Shown here one piece after another: positions 52,764 to 61,633 of a stretch of 64,000 bases of DNA; the first letter of the stretch is position 1; each line of letters begins with the position of its first letter. The notes below the pieces were generated by a model that saw nothing but the letters and a program-made list of their open reading frames with translations, did not search any database and was not told the origin of the DNA. Where the stretch lies: contig CAVVHE010000005.1 of the NCBI GenBank assembly GCA_963748015.1, forward strand, positions 352,001 through 416,000, written 5' to 3'. The translations under genes were made by a program, and so were the position numbers. Source of the DNA: Terriglobia bacterium. Its GTDB lineage: Bacteria; Acidobacteriota; Polarisedimenticolia; Polarisedimenticolales; JAIQFR01.

Positions 52764-54573
52764 GTGAGCCGGCAGGTGTTCCACGACGGCCGCGGGGCCT
52801 TCCGGGTTCGTTTCCCCTTCGATCGAAGGCTCGTGGACCTCATCAAGACGCTCCCGGGCCGGCGGTGGAACGCGGTCGAGAAGCACTGGACCGTCCCCGA
52901 GGACGAGGTCGTCGCGCTCGTGGACCTCCTCGGCCCCGAGGGGTTCGACTTCGACGAGGCGACCCGCGCGCGCTACCTCGGCCACGGGGGCACGGGCGCC
53001 CTCCCCGCGGCGGCCGACCCGGCCGGCGGTCCCGTGCTTCCCGGCCTCTTTGCCCCCGCGGACGACCCGCCGCCTCCCGCGCCAGCTCCCGCCGGGGAAG
53101 CCGCGCCGCGCGGCGCCGTCACCGACTACACGGTCACGCGTCTCAACCTCGAGGCCAAGCGCGCGCTGGCCGCGGCCTTCCCCGCCCCGGTCTGGCTGGT
53201 CGGCGAGATCAGCGGGTTCAACAAGAGCGCCCACCGCCGCATCGTCGGCTTCCACCTCGTCGAGCGCGACCCGGGCGGCCGCTCCCTCGCCGAGGTGAAC
53301 GCCGTCCTGTTCGAGGAGGCCCGCGCCGACATCGAGGCCGCGCTCGCCGCCGCGGGCAGCCCGTTCAAGCTCGAGGACGAGGTGACGGTGCGCGTCCGCG
53401 GGACCGTCGAGCTGTACGAGCCGTGGGGGCAGTACCGATTCCGCGTCGTGGAGCTCGACCTCGCGTACACCCTCGGCGAGGCGGCGCGCCGCCGCGAGGA
53501 GATCGTCCGCCGCCTGACCGCCGAAGGGTTGGTCGGCCTCAACACGTCGCTCCCCTTTCCCGACCTCCCGCTGCGCGTCGGGCTGGTCACGAGCCTCGGC
53601 TCCGACGCGTTCAACGACGTGCTCCGCACCCTGCAGGAGTCGGGGTTCGCGTTCCGCGTCGTCGCGCACGGCGCCCGCGTGCAGGGGCGCTCCACCGAGC
53701 CGTCGGTCCTCAACGCGCTCGACTGGTTCCGCGAGCGCGCGGCGAATTTCGACGCGGTGATGATCTGCCGCGGCGGCGGCTCGCGCACCGACCTCGCCTG
53801 GTTCGACTCCGAGGCGCTCGGCCGCGCGGTCGCCGCGTTCCCGCTCCCCGTCGTGATCGGCATCGGCCACGAGCAGGACCAGTCGGTGCTCGACTTCGTC
53901 GGCTGGCGCTGCAAGACGCCCACTGCCGCCGCGGCTTTCCTGGTGGACCGGGTGCGCGCGGCGGAAGAGACCGTCGAGACGAGCACGCGCGCGATCCTCG
54001 AGGCCGCGGCCGCCGCGGTCCGCGAGGAGGCGCGGGCGCACGCCGAGCGCGGCGCGGCGGCTCGCCCTCGCGGCGCGCGGCCTGCTCGAGCGCGAGGCGT
54101 CCGAGCTCGCCCACCGGCGGCTTCGCGCCATCCGCGCCGCCCGCTCCCTGCTCGCCGCGGCGTCCCACGACGTCTCGCGCCGCGCGGCGGCGCTCCCCCG
54201 CGCGGCGGCGCTGCTGCTCGAGCGCCACCGGGTCCTGCTCGCCCAGTCCACGCGCCAGCTCGTGCAGGGAGCCCGAAGAGACATGACCGCCGCCGCGAGG
54301 CACGTGTCGGAGCTCGCGGCGTCGCTTGCGCCCCGCGGGCTTCGGCGGATCGCGCTCGAGACCGAGCGCGCCGAGGCGCGCGCCCGACGGCTGCACCTCG
54401 TGGACCCGCGTCGCGTCGTGGAGCGAGGCTACGCGATCCTGCGCGCCGCCGCGGGAGGCGTGCTCACGGACGCCGCGGCCGCGCCGGAGGGGACCGAGGT
54501 GCACGCGGAGCTGAAGCGCGGCCGGCTCAGGCTGCGCTCCCTAGGTGTCGAAACGGAGGAAGGAGGCCGCTAG
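52764..54573 (+). CDS. xseA: Exodeoxyribonuclease VII large subunit with N-terminal HARP-like extension (frameshift near 54055)
   Basis: OB fold VWLVGEISG, VGLVTS, RVQG, RGGGSRTDLAWFD, GIGHEQD, KTPTAAA; C-terminus DPRRVVERGYAI lies in the frame of 54262..54573. Confidence 0.88.
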
Positions 54574-54577
54574 TCCC

Positions 54578-54853
54578 ATGGCGAAATCGGCAAAGGCCGG
54601 GAAGGAGTTCTCCTACGGCGAGGCCGCGACGCGGCTCGAGGAGATCCTCGGGCGGATCGAGGAGGGGCAGGTGGACATCGACGAGCTGTCCGGCCTCGTG
54701 AAGGAGGCCGCGGAGCTGACCACCCTCTGCCGCCAGAAGATCCACGCCGCGGAGGTGCAGGTCCGCACCATCACCGAGCAGCTCGAGCGCGAGGCCCCCT
54801 CGGACGCCGGCGGGAACGAGGCGACCTCGGGCGGCGAAGAGCCGCCGTTCTAG
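54578..54853 (+). CDS. xseB: Exodeoxyribonuclease VII small subunit
   Basis: FSYGEAATRLEEILGRIEEG..IDEL..CRQKIHAAE; directly follows xseA. Confidence 0.92.
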   Translation: MAKSAKAGKEFSYGEAATRLEEILGRIEEGQVDIDELSGLVKEAAELTTLCRQKIHAAEVQVRTITEQLEREAPSDAGGNEATSGGEEPPF

Positions 54854-55930
54854 ATGACCGCCGACGAGCTCTTCCGGGGGCGCCTCGTGATGGCGCCGAT
54901 GGCGAGGGGGACCGACCTCCCGTTCCGCCGCCTCGCGAACGAGTGGGGGGCCGCGGTCTGCCTCGGCGAGATGGCGTACGCCCACAAGGTGGCGAAGGGG
55001 GAGCGCAGCGAGCTGGCGCTGCTCCGCCGCCACCCGTCCGAAAAGGTCTTCGGCGCCCAGCTCGCGGGGAAGCATCCCGAGGCGGTCGCCGAGGCGGCGC
55101 GAATCGCGCAGGACCAGGGGGCGGACTTCGTCGACCTCAACCTCGGCTGCCCGATCGACGACGCGACGCGCCGCGGGTTCGGCGCGGCGCTCCTCGATCG
55201 GCCTTCGAAGGTCGGAGCGATCGTCGCCGCGATGAAGGCGGCCGTCACGGTCCCGGTCACCGTGAAACTCCGCCTCGGCTGGACGGAGGGGAAGCCGACG
55301 GCTCTCAAGATCGCGCTCGTGGCGCAGGAGGCGGGTGCCGACGCCGTGACGCTGCACGGGCGGAGCCGCGCGCAGCGCTACCGCCGCCCCGCCGACTGGA
55401 ATTTCGTGCGCGAGCTGGCCGCGGGCCTCTCGATCCCGGTCATCGGGAACGGCGACGTGATGACGTGGCGCGACGCGACGCGGCGGATGGAGGAGACCGG
55501 CTGCGCCGGCGTGATGGTCGGGCGCTGGGCGCTGGCGAAGCCCTGGATCTTCCGCGAGTTCGCGGAGGGGCGCGACCTGGCGTTGACCGCCGAGGAGCGC
55601 GTCGCGGTGCTCAGGCGCTACGCCGAGCTCTGCCTCGAGCACTTCGGCACCGACGACCGCGGCCGCCTCCGCGCGCGGCAGTTCCTCACGTTCCACCAGG
55701 ACTTCTTCCGCCGCTACCGCCGCGGCGCCGGCCTCGAGGCGGTGAACTCGGAGGATCCGCGCGAGTGGGGAGCGGAGCCCGACGGCGAGCTCGAGGCGTG
55801 GCTCGGCCGCGCCGACGCTCCCGCCGTCGACGCCCTCTGCGACTGGCTCGTGGACGGCCTCCCGCCGGTTCCCCCTCCCCCGGCCGATCCCGACGCGCCC
55901 CGCGCGTTCAAGGCGCAGGTGCTCGGCTGA
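54854..55930 (+). CDS. dus: tRNA-dihydrouridine synthase family protein
   Basis: MAPM, DLNLGCP, TVKLRLG, LHGRS, IGNGDV and VMVGR motifs. Confidence 0.92.
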   Translation: MTADELFRGRLVMAPMARGTDLPFRRLANEWGAAVCLGEMAYAHKVAKGERSELALLRRHPSEKVFGAQLAGKHPEAVAEAARIAQDQGADFVDLNLGCPIDDATRRGFGAALLDRPSKVGAIVAAMKAAVTVPVTVKLRLGWTEGKPTALKIALVAQEAGADAVTLHGRSRAQRYRRPADWNFVRELAAGLSIPVIGNGDVMTWRDATRRMEETGCAGVMVGRWALAKPWIFREFAEGRDLALTAEERVAVLRRYAELCLEHFGTDDRGRLRARQFLTFHQDFFRRYRRGAGLEAVNSEDPREWGAEPDGELEAWLGRADAPAVDALCDWLVDGLPPVPPPPADPDAPRAFKAQVLG

Positions 55931-56012
55931 GGGGAGCGCCCTCGCGCGAATCGTGGCCCGGTGCGACAATGGCCGGCCCTCTCGAAATGGATATGGATAA
56001 GGAGACGAAGGC

Positions 56013-56831
56013 ATGCGGTTCAAGTCGCCCCTCTTCATCGCGCTGATCGCCTCGGCGCTGGTCCTGTTCCCGTCGTGCGGAGGCGGCTCCAAGACCTCCG
56101 AGTCCGCGCCGTCCCCGACCCAGACACCCGCGCGGGCCGAGGCGCCCCCGAGCGCGGCGCAGGCTCCCGCCGGCGAGGCGCCGCAGGGCGAGCTTCCGCC
56201 GGGACACCCTTCAGTCGAAGGCGGGACGCCGCCGCCGGCGCAGGCCGCCGCAACTGCCCCGCCCCTGACCCCCGAGGCCGCGGCGAAGGGAATGCCCGCC
56301 GGGCATCCCCCGATCGACGCGCCCCCGTCCCCGATGGGCGCGATCCCGCCGCCGCCACCGGGCTCGGGCACCGGCTCCTCGGCGATCCTGTGGACCGCGC
56401 CCAAGGGTTGGGTCGAAGAGGCGCCGTCGAGCGCGATGCGCAAGGCCCAGTACCGCGTCCCCGGCCCCGGCGGCGACGGCGAGTGCGTCGTCTTCTACTT
56501 CGGCCCCGGCCAGGGTGGCGGCCCGATGGACAACGCGCAGCGGTGGGCCTCGCAGTTCAAGAAGGCCGACGGCAGCCCGGCCACCGATCAGGCCAAGACC
56601 TGGGAGACGCAGGCGGGCGACCGCAAGGTGCTCAACGTCGAGGTCACGGGAACCTACGCGGGTGGAATGACCATGGGAATGGCCGCGGCGGAGGAGAAGC
56701 CCGGCTACATGCTGCTGGGCGCGGTCGCCGAGGGCCCCGACGCGAACTGGTTCTTCAAGCTCACCGGCCCCGAGAAGACCGTGCGCGCGCAGCGCGCCGC
56801 CTTCGACGGGATGCTGAAGAGCTTGAAGTAG
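56013..56831 (+). CDS. Pro-rich hypothetical lipoprotein
   Basis: Lipobox-like LFPSC; LPPGHP and MPAGHPP motifs; globular C-terminal domain (PKGW..MRKAQY..N..RW..QF..FFKLTGP). Confidence 0.8.
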   Translation: MRFKSPLFIALIASALVLFPSCGGGSKTSESAPSPTQTPARAEAPPSAAQAPAGEAPQGELPPGHPSVEGGTPPPAQAAATAPPLTPEAAAKGMPAGHPPIDAPPSPMGAIPPPPPGSGTGSSAILWTAPKGWVEEAPSSAMRKAQYRVPGPGGDGECVVFYFGPGQGGGPMDNAQRWASQFKKADGSPATDQAKTWETQAGDRKVLNVEVTGTYAGGMTMGMAAAEEKPGYMLLGAVAEGPDANWFFKLTGPEKTVRAQRAAFDGMLKSLK

Positions 56832-56885
56832 GAAGCGCGAGCCGCGCCCGGGCGGCAATGGTCTCTCGTTCGAATCGGCCGGAAT

Positions 56886-56909
56886 CGGGGGGCAGGTCGC
56901 TGCCCCCCG
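56886..56909. terminator. Hairpin between convergent genes
   Basis: cggggggcag-gtcg-ctgccccccg. Confidence 0.55.
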
Positions 56910-57161
56910 CTACTCGTTCGCCGCCATCCCGCACACCGGGCAGATGACCGGCCGGCTCCGGTCTCCAAGACGGCGGAGCATCATCTCGGAGAGCATCGCC
57001 GTTCCTCTCCCGACGTGGTAGCTGTGGATCCCCTGCTGAAGGAGGTCGATCGCCTCGACGGCGCGGCCGGGAAGGTCCTTCGCCAGCTCCTCGACCGCGC
57101 GATGGCCGCCTTGCAGCAGGGTCTCGAATTCCTGAGCGGTCCACTTGGCTTCGCGTGACAC
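56910..57161 (-). CDS. Small hypothetical protein with C-terminal CxxC
   Basis: GTG 57161 after GGAAGGG; the 3' part of ORF 56910..57734 looks protein-like and ends CPVCG. Confidence 0.5.
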   Translation of the reverse strand: MSREAKWTAQEFETLLQGGHRAVEELAKDLPGRAVEAIDLLQQGIHSYHVGRGTAMLSEMMLRRLGDRSRPVICPVCGMAANE

Positions 57162-57220
57162 CTTGACGATCCCTTCCCCGTCCCTGACCGTCCGGTTGCC
57201 TATTCTCTCACGGCGCTCGC

Positions 57221-57826
57221 CTAGAGACGTCCCATCTGCCGGTCCTGAACCCGCGCGAGGGCCAAGAGGCCGACGCCAGCGCCGACGAGCGCCAGGAACA
57301 TGTCCGACTGCGTATCCCAGGGGTCGCCCTGGGTGCCGAGAAACGCGTCGGCGCCTTGCCCGAGCGCCACTGCCGCCCGCCACTCGATGAGCTCGTACCC
57401 CGCGCTGATCGTCATCGCGACGCAGAGGGACAGGAAGGCGGCCATCCGACGGTTGGTGAGGTACTTGCCGCGGAGGAGGATTTCCCGCGCCGCCAGGGCC
57501 GGCACCAAGCCTTGCGCGAAGTGACCGATCTTGTCGTACGGATTCCGGCCGAGCGAGAGCGCATCCCGAATCCAGAAGCCCAGGGGCACGCGCGCGTACG
57601 TGTAGGCGCCGCCCACGATCAGGATGATCGCGTGGACGAAGATCAGGCCGTAGAGGAGCGAGGTCAGCGGGAACCGCCGGTACGAGACGACGAGGATCGG
57701 CCCCACGATCAAGACCGGGGCCACCTCCATCCACCAGGTCTGCCGATCGTACGGCCGGATCCCCGAGACGACGAGAATGGCGGCGGCCACGATCCCGAAC
57801 GCGATGAGATACCGCTCTCGCGACAA
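57221..57826 (-). CDS. DUF2238 (YjdF-like) inner membrane protein
   Basis: WWME, GGAYTYARVP, RNPYDKIGH, YELIEW and FLGTQGDPWDTQSDM motifs. Confidence 0.92.
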   Translation of the reverse strand: MSRERYLIAFGIVAAAILVVSGIRPYDRQTWWMEVAPVLIVGPILVVSYRRFPLTSLLYGLIFVHAIILIVGGAYTYARVPLGFWIRDALSLGRNPYDKIGHFAQGLVPALAAREILLRGKYLTNRRMAAFLSLCVAMTISAGYELIEWRAAVALGQGADAFLGTQGDPWDTQSDMFLALVGAGVGLLALARVQDRQMGRL

Positions 57827-57843
57827 GCTCCGCTACCCCCCTT

Positions 57844-59118
57844 TCAGAGCTCTCGGGTCGGATCGGCCACGCGCCCTAAGAACAGGATCGCGCCGGACTT
57901 CTCGTGGCGGATGACGAAGAGGAAGGGGTGATCGGCCTTGAAGACGACCGGCGGCTTCGTCACGGGAATCGCGGCGCTGGTCACCCCCACGACGGCCGTG
58001 GCGGCCGCCGCCTCGGTTCCCTCTTCGTTCACGTCGACGAATGCCTTGTGCACGACGGCCGAGATGAAGAGGCCCTTCTTGCCGTCCATGCCCGAGAAAT
58101 CGGCGGCGGCCGCCGAGAAGGCGTCCGGCATTCCCATCGCCCCCAGGACCTTCGAGAGCTCGAACTCCCGCGTCATCTTGAACCTCGGCAGTGTCAGATC
58201 GACCTCTTCCTGGCCGAATCTCTGCAGCTCCTTGCCGAGCAGGGCCGGGGTCACCCCCTTCTCGACCGCCGCCAGCCCGTCGACCTTCTTCGGGAGGATC
58301 ACGACCATCGACAGCTCGTCGCCGGCGTACGGCAGCTTGACGGCCTGGTAGTCCGCGGTCTCCTTGTACCCGTACTCTTCCCGGCTGCGCATCATCGAGG
58401 CCTTCGCCTCTTTGCCGCCGGGCAGGTGGAACGGCTCCTCGAGCGTCCTCGACGTCTCGAACGGCTTGGCCCACTTGCCCTTGAAGTAGATGGCGTTCGT
58501 GAGGACCAGCCGCGTTCTGGAATCGAGGACTCCCTCCGCGATGAGGTTCTTGATCTTGTCGCGGGTCTCTCTCTCGACCCAGGCGTTGATGGTCTCGCGG
58601 GCCGCGGCTGCGTCCTTCGCGAAATCGACCTGGCTGAGGCCGGCCCCGTAGCTGTCCTTGACGAGTCGCAGGTAGTCGGGCAGGAACTCGAGCCCCTTCT
58701 GCCCCCAGAGCGCGTTGGCCACCGAGAGCTGGTACCGGCGCGGAGCGCCGTCCGGGCCCTTCTCGGCATTGAGGCTCCCGAGGAACGCGCCCATGGCCTG
58801 GTGCAAGTCGGCCCGTCCCGTCCCGACGTGCAAGACCCCGATCAGCTGCTCGGCCGTCCGACCGCGAGCTCCGGCCGCGGTCATCGCCAGCGCGGTTTCG
58901 ATCGAGCTGGGCGAGTAGAAGAGATTCCCCTCTTGCCCGGCGAGCTTGCCATGCAGGTCTGCGGCAAAGGCGTTGTTGGCCTCGGCCACCCACGCTGCCT
59001 GCGCCGCGCCTCCGGGCGCCCGCGGAGCCTTGGGATCGGCCGCCAGGGCGAGGAGAGGACCAGCGGCCAACGCGATCGCGGCAGCCAGGGTCAATGCAGC
59101 GGGAGTGATGTGCGTCAT
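57844..59118 (-). CDS. Secreted serpin
   Basis: NLFYSPSSI, INAWV, LTNAIYFKGKW, VNEEGTEAAAAT (inhibitory hinge), FKADHPFLF, ILFLGRV; signal peptide. Confidence 0.96.
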   Translation of the reverse strand: MTHITPAALTLAAAIALAAGPLLALAADPKAPRAPGGAAQAAWVAEANNAFAADLHGKLAGQEGNLFYSPSSIETALAMTAAGARGRTAEQLIGVLHVGTGRADLHQAMGAFLGSLNAEKGPDGAPRRYQLSVANALWGQKGLEFLPDYLRLVKDSYGAGLSQVDFAKDAAAARETINAWVERETRDKIKNLIAEGVLDSRTRLVLTNAIYFKGKWAKPFETSRTLEEPFHLPGGKEAKASMMRSREEYGYKETADYQAVKLPYAGDELSMVVILPKKVDGLAAVEKGVTPALLGKELQRFGQEEVDLTLPRFKMTREFELSKVLGAMGMPDAFSAAAADFSGMDGKKGLFISAVVHKAFVDVNEEGTEAAAATAVVGVTSAAIPVTKPPVVFKADHPFLFVIRHEKSGAILFLGRVADPTREL

Positions 59119-59173
59119 GGTAAGACCCTTCGGGATCATCTGCGTCCCTGCATCTTTCCTGCTCCCTCCCCGC

Positions 59174-60568
59174 CTACCGGAATCCGAACACCGGCGGGAA
59201 GAGCACGACCACCACCCACGCCCACGCCGCGTAGACGGGGAGGTACGCGGTCTGCCAACGCTCCAGCTTGGCGAACGCCATCCGCCCGGCGAGGAACCGC
59301 GCGTAGAGCGCGGCGGACCCGCCGAGGCTCACCAGCAGGATGAGGTTCTCGCCGAGGGCCGCGACCTTGTTGGGGCTGAAGCCGAACTCCGAGATGCGGG
59401 CGGCGATGGCCCACAGCGCGATGGCGTCGACGAGCAGGGCGCAGACGACGAGGAGAAGCTGCATGGCATCGAAGAGCCCCGGCGCCTTCTGCGGGTCCCG
59501 GGCCGAGATCGCGTAGAGGACCAGGCCCACCACCAGCACCAGGAGCAGATCGAAACCGATGAGCACCTCGCGCCCCAAGACGATGCCGCTTCCGGTCCAC
59601 GCCATGGTCGCGAGGAACGCCAGCAGCAGGACGGTGAACAGCGGCGTGAAGAGGAGCGTCAGCACGGGCGCCATGTTCTCGATGACGCTCTGCTTGGCCT
59701 CCACGAGCCACGCCGCGATGATCACGGCGCCGACGGCGCCGCAGGGCAGGATCCAGGTCGTCACGAGCCACTGCGGCTTCAGGCCGATGGAGCTGAAGAC
59801 GAACGCGGTGAGCGCCATCAGCACGCCGCCGCCGAGGGCGATGAGGGCGTAGTAGATGAACCACTCTCCGGAGAAGCGCACGTAGTTCATCCGCTGATCG
59901 TGGTCCCGCCAGCGGCCGGCGGCGTACGCGTAGCCCACGGCGAGCCACAGCGCGATGGGCAGGTGCAACGCGGCGAGGATCTCGGTGCTCGCGCCGGATG
60001 CGAACGGCACGAGGTTGATCGCCGCGACCGCCACCACGAACGGCGCCGCCAGCCACAGCCGGCCCGCCGGCGCGAGGGACCGCTTCGAGGCGAAGAACGC
60101 GGCCAGGAACGGGAGCACGAACAGGCTGAAGTTGCGGAAGTAGAGCTCCGGCAGCTCCCGGTCCGGGTGCATCCTCACGCCGAACAGCTCCGGGACCTTG
60201 ATGGCCACGGCGGCGGCGATCGCCAGGGCGACCGCCAGCAGGGCTTCCTTGACGTTTCTCACCCGCTCCTCGGCGGCGCCGGGAGCAACGACGAGCCGCT
60301 TCCAGAGCCGCTCCGAGTGCTCCCGCGCGAACTCGCGGGAGAGCGCATCGAGGTCTCCGATGCGCTTCACGGCGATGAGGAAGGCCTCGTCCCCCGCGAG
60401 CCCCGCCTCCCGGAGCGTTTTCACCTGGCTGCGCAGGTGATCCTCCAGCTCGTCCGCGTCCACGGAGTGGATGGCCTGCCGTCGCCGGACGTACGAACGC
60501 CACTCCGCGATACCCTCTTCCAGCGAGCTGCGCGCCCTTTCCTTGGGGTCATCGTTTTCCTGCGACAC
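59174..60568 (-). CDS. Permease-prefix-domain membrane protein (PadR-associated)
   Basis: ELEDHL..L..AGL..DEAF..AVKRIG N-terminal domain followed by many TM helices. Confidence 0.85.
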   Translation of the reverse strand: MSQENDDPKERARSSLEEGIAEWRSYVRRRQAIHSVDADELEDHLRSQVKTLREAGLAGDEAFLIAVKRIGDLDALSREFAREHSERLWKRLVVAPGAAEERVRNVKEALLAVALAIAAAVAIKVPELFGVRMHPDRELPELYFRNFSLFVLPFLAAFFASKRSLAPAGRLWLAAPFVVAVAAINLVPFASGASTEILAALHLPIALWLAVGYAYAAGRWRDHDQRMNYVRFSGEWFIYYALIALGGGVLMALTAFVFSSIGLKPQWLVTTWILPCGAVGAVIIAAWLVEAKQSVIENMAPVLTLLFTPLFTVLLLAFLATMAWTGSGIVLGREVLIGFDLLLVLVVGLVLYAISARDPQKAPGLFDAMQLLLVVCALLVDAIALWAIAARISEFGFSPNKVAALGENLILLVSLGGSAALYARFLAGRMAFAKLERWQTAYLPVYAAWAWVVVVLFPPVFGFR

Positions 60569-60571
60569 GAG

Positions 60572-60925
60572 TCAGCCTCCCTGAGGCGCCAGTTGGAACG
60601 AGCGGAGCAGCGTCCGGCGCAGCGTGGAGTCCACCACCTGCCACTGTCGCCGCTGGCTCGCCAGTTCCGCCTCACCACTGTCGGTCAACCGGTAGTACTT
60701 GCGCTGCCGCCCGGACTCCGACCGCCCCCAGACGGCCTTCACGAAGCCGTTGCGTTCGAGGCGGTGGAGGACGGGGTACAGCATGCCGTCCGTCCACTGG
60801 AGCTCGCCGCCCGACAACTCGGCCACGCGCTTGATGATCGCGTAGCCGTAGCTCTCGCCCTCGCTGAGGATGGACAAGATCAGCGGCGTGGCCGAGGCCG
60901 CGACGAGGTCCTTGCCGACATTCAT
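60572..60925 (-). CDS. PadR family transcriptional regulator
   Basis: ILSIL..YGYAII, GMLYPVLHRLE and RKYYRLT motifs. Confidence 0.95.
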   Translation of the reverse strand: MNVGKDLVAASATPLILSILSEGESYGYAIIKRVAELSGGELQWTDGMLYPVLHRLERNGFVKAVWGRSESGRQRKYYRLTDSGEAELASQRRQWQVVDSTLRRTLLRSFQLAPQGG

Positions 60926-60961
60926 GGGCCGGACCGTCGAGCGAGCGAGGATTGGATTTCG

Positions 60962-61001
60962 TACATAGAAGCTTTATACATTGTACTTCTATGTATGTCA
61001 A
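60962..61001 (-). promoter_or_regulatory. Sigma70 promoter of padR with overlapping inverted-repeat operator
   Basis: TTGACA-N17-TATAAA on the minus strand; TACATAGAAG-N14-CTTCTATGTA palindrome at 60962-60995. Confidence 0.85.
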
Positions 61002-61048
61002 GGAACCAGCAACAACAGGAACCAGCAACGACAGGGGTCGGCAACGAC
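61001..61048 (+). repeat. Three 16-bp direct repeats
   Basis: aggaaccagcaacaac / aggaaccagcaacgac / aggggtcggcaacgac. Confidence 0.7.
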
Positions 61049-61199
61049 GCGCCAAGGGGACGCAACTCGATCTCCGGCAACGGGTTGCGGGAAGACCAGG
61101 GCGTCACCGCGCTCGGCGCCCTCGGTGCCATCCCGTTCCGACCCTGGAACGGCCTGGATTCTCGCGCCGTGGTTTTGCCGACACCCTGCAGGAGGCCTC

Positions 61200-61295
61200 C
61201 GCGACCTACAGATGGACGGTGACGTGGAGGGGTACGACTGCAAGCTCCCGACCGACCCGTTCATCGTGACCGTCGGGGTCGGCCGCAAGTTCTAG
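61200..61295 (+). pseudogene. Remnant C-terminus of an OmpW-like outer-membrane beta-barrel gene
   Basis: ...LPTDPFIVTVGVGRKF* resembles the last strand of OmpW-type barrels; no credible upstream coding part. Confidence 0.45.
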
Positions 61296-61633
61296 TCGGC
61301 TCCCCAAGCGACACGCATCTCGAACACGAATTCTTTCGTAAGGATAGCGGAACGGCAAGCTCTCTTGCTGCGCGATAGCCGGTCCGGGAGTTCGCCAGGG
61401 AGCCAACCTCCTGTCGGAGGTGACCCATATTGAGAGGGACGGGCCTGCCCTTCTCCAGTCGGCCGGAACGATTCGCGAGAAGTCAGACCGTCACACGTGA
61501 AACCCGTGCTGCGGAATCCTCGTTTCGTCGACGTGGAACCAAGAAGCTCCGCAGGTCGTTCCGTCGTGGGCGTCTCCCATCGTTGGAAGACCATGGGCCC
61601 GCGGCTCTGAACGTCAAGTGAACGGGGTGAACC

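Noticed and set aside
54040..54065. Programmed frameshift in xseA (also ~47295, ~17695, ~19355, ~23530)
   Set aside because: No slippery heptamer seen; isolated 1-bp indels across unrelated genes fit sequencing error better.
56855..56885. tRNA T-loop-like GTTCGAATC
   Set aside because: No flanking T-stem pairing or cloverleaf.
61292..61594. 100-aa minus-strand ORF
   Set aside because: No motif, weak codon bias and no clear RBS.
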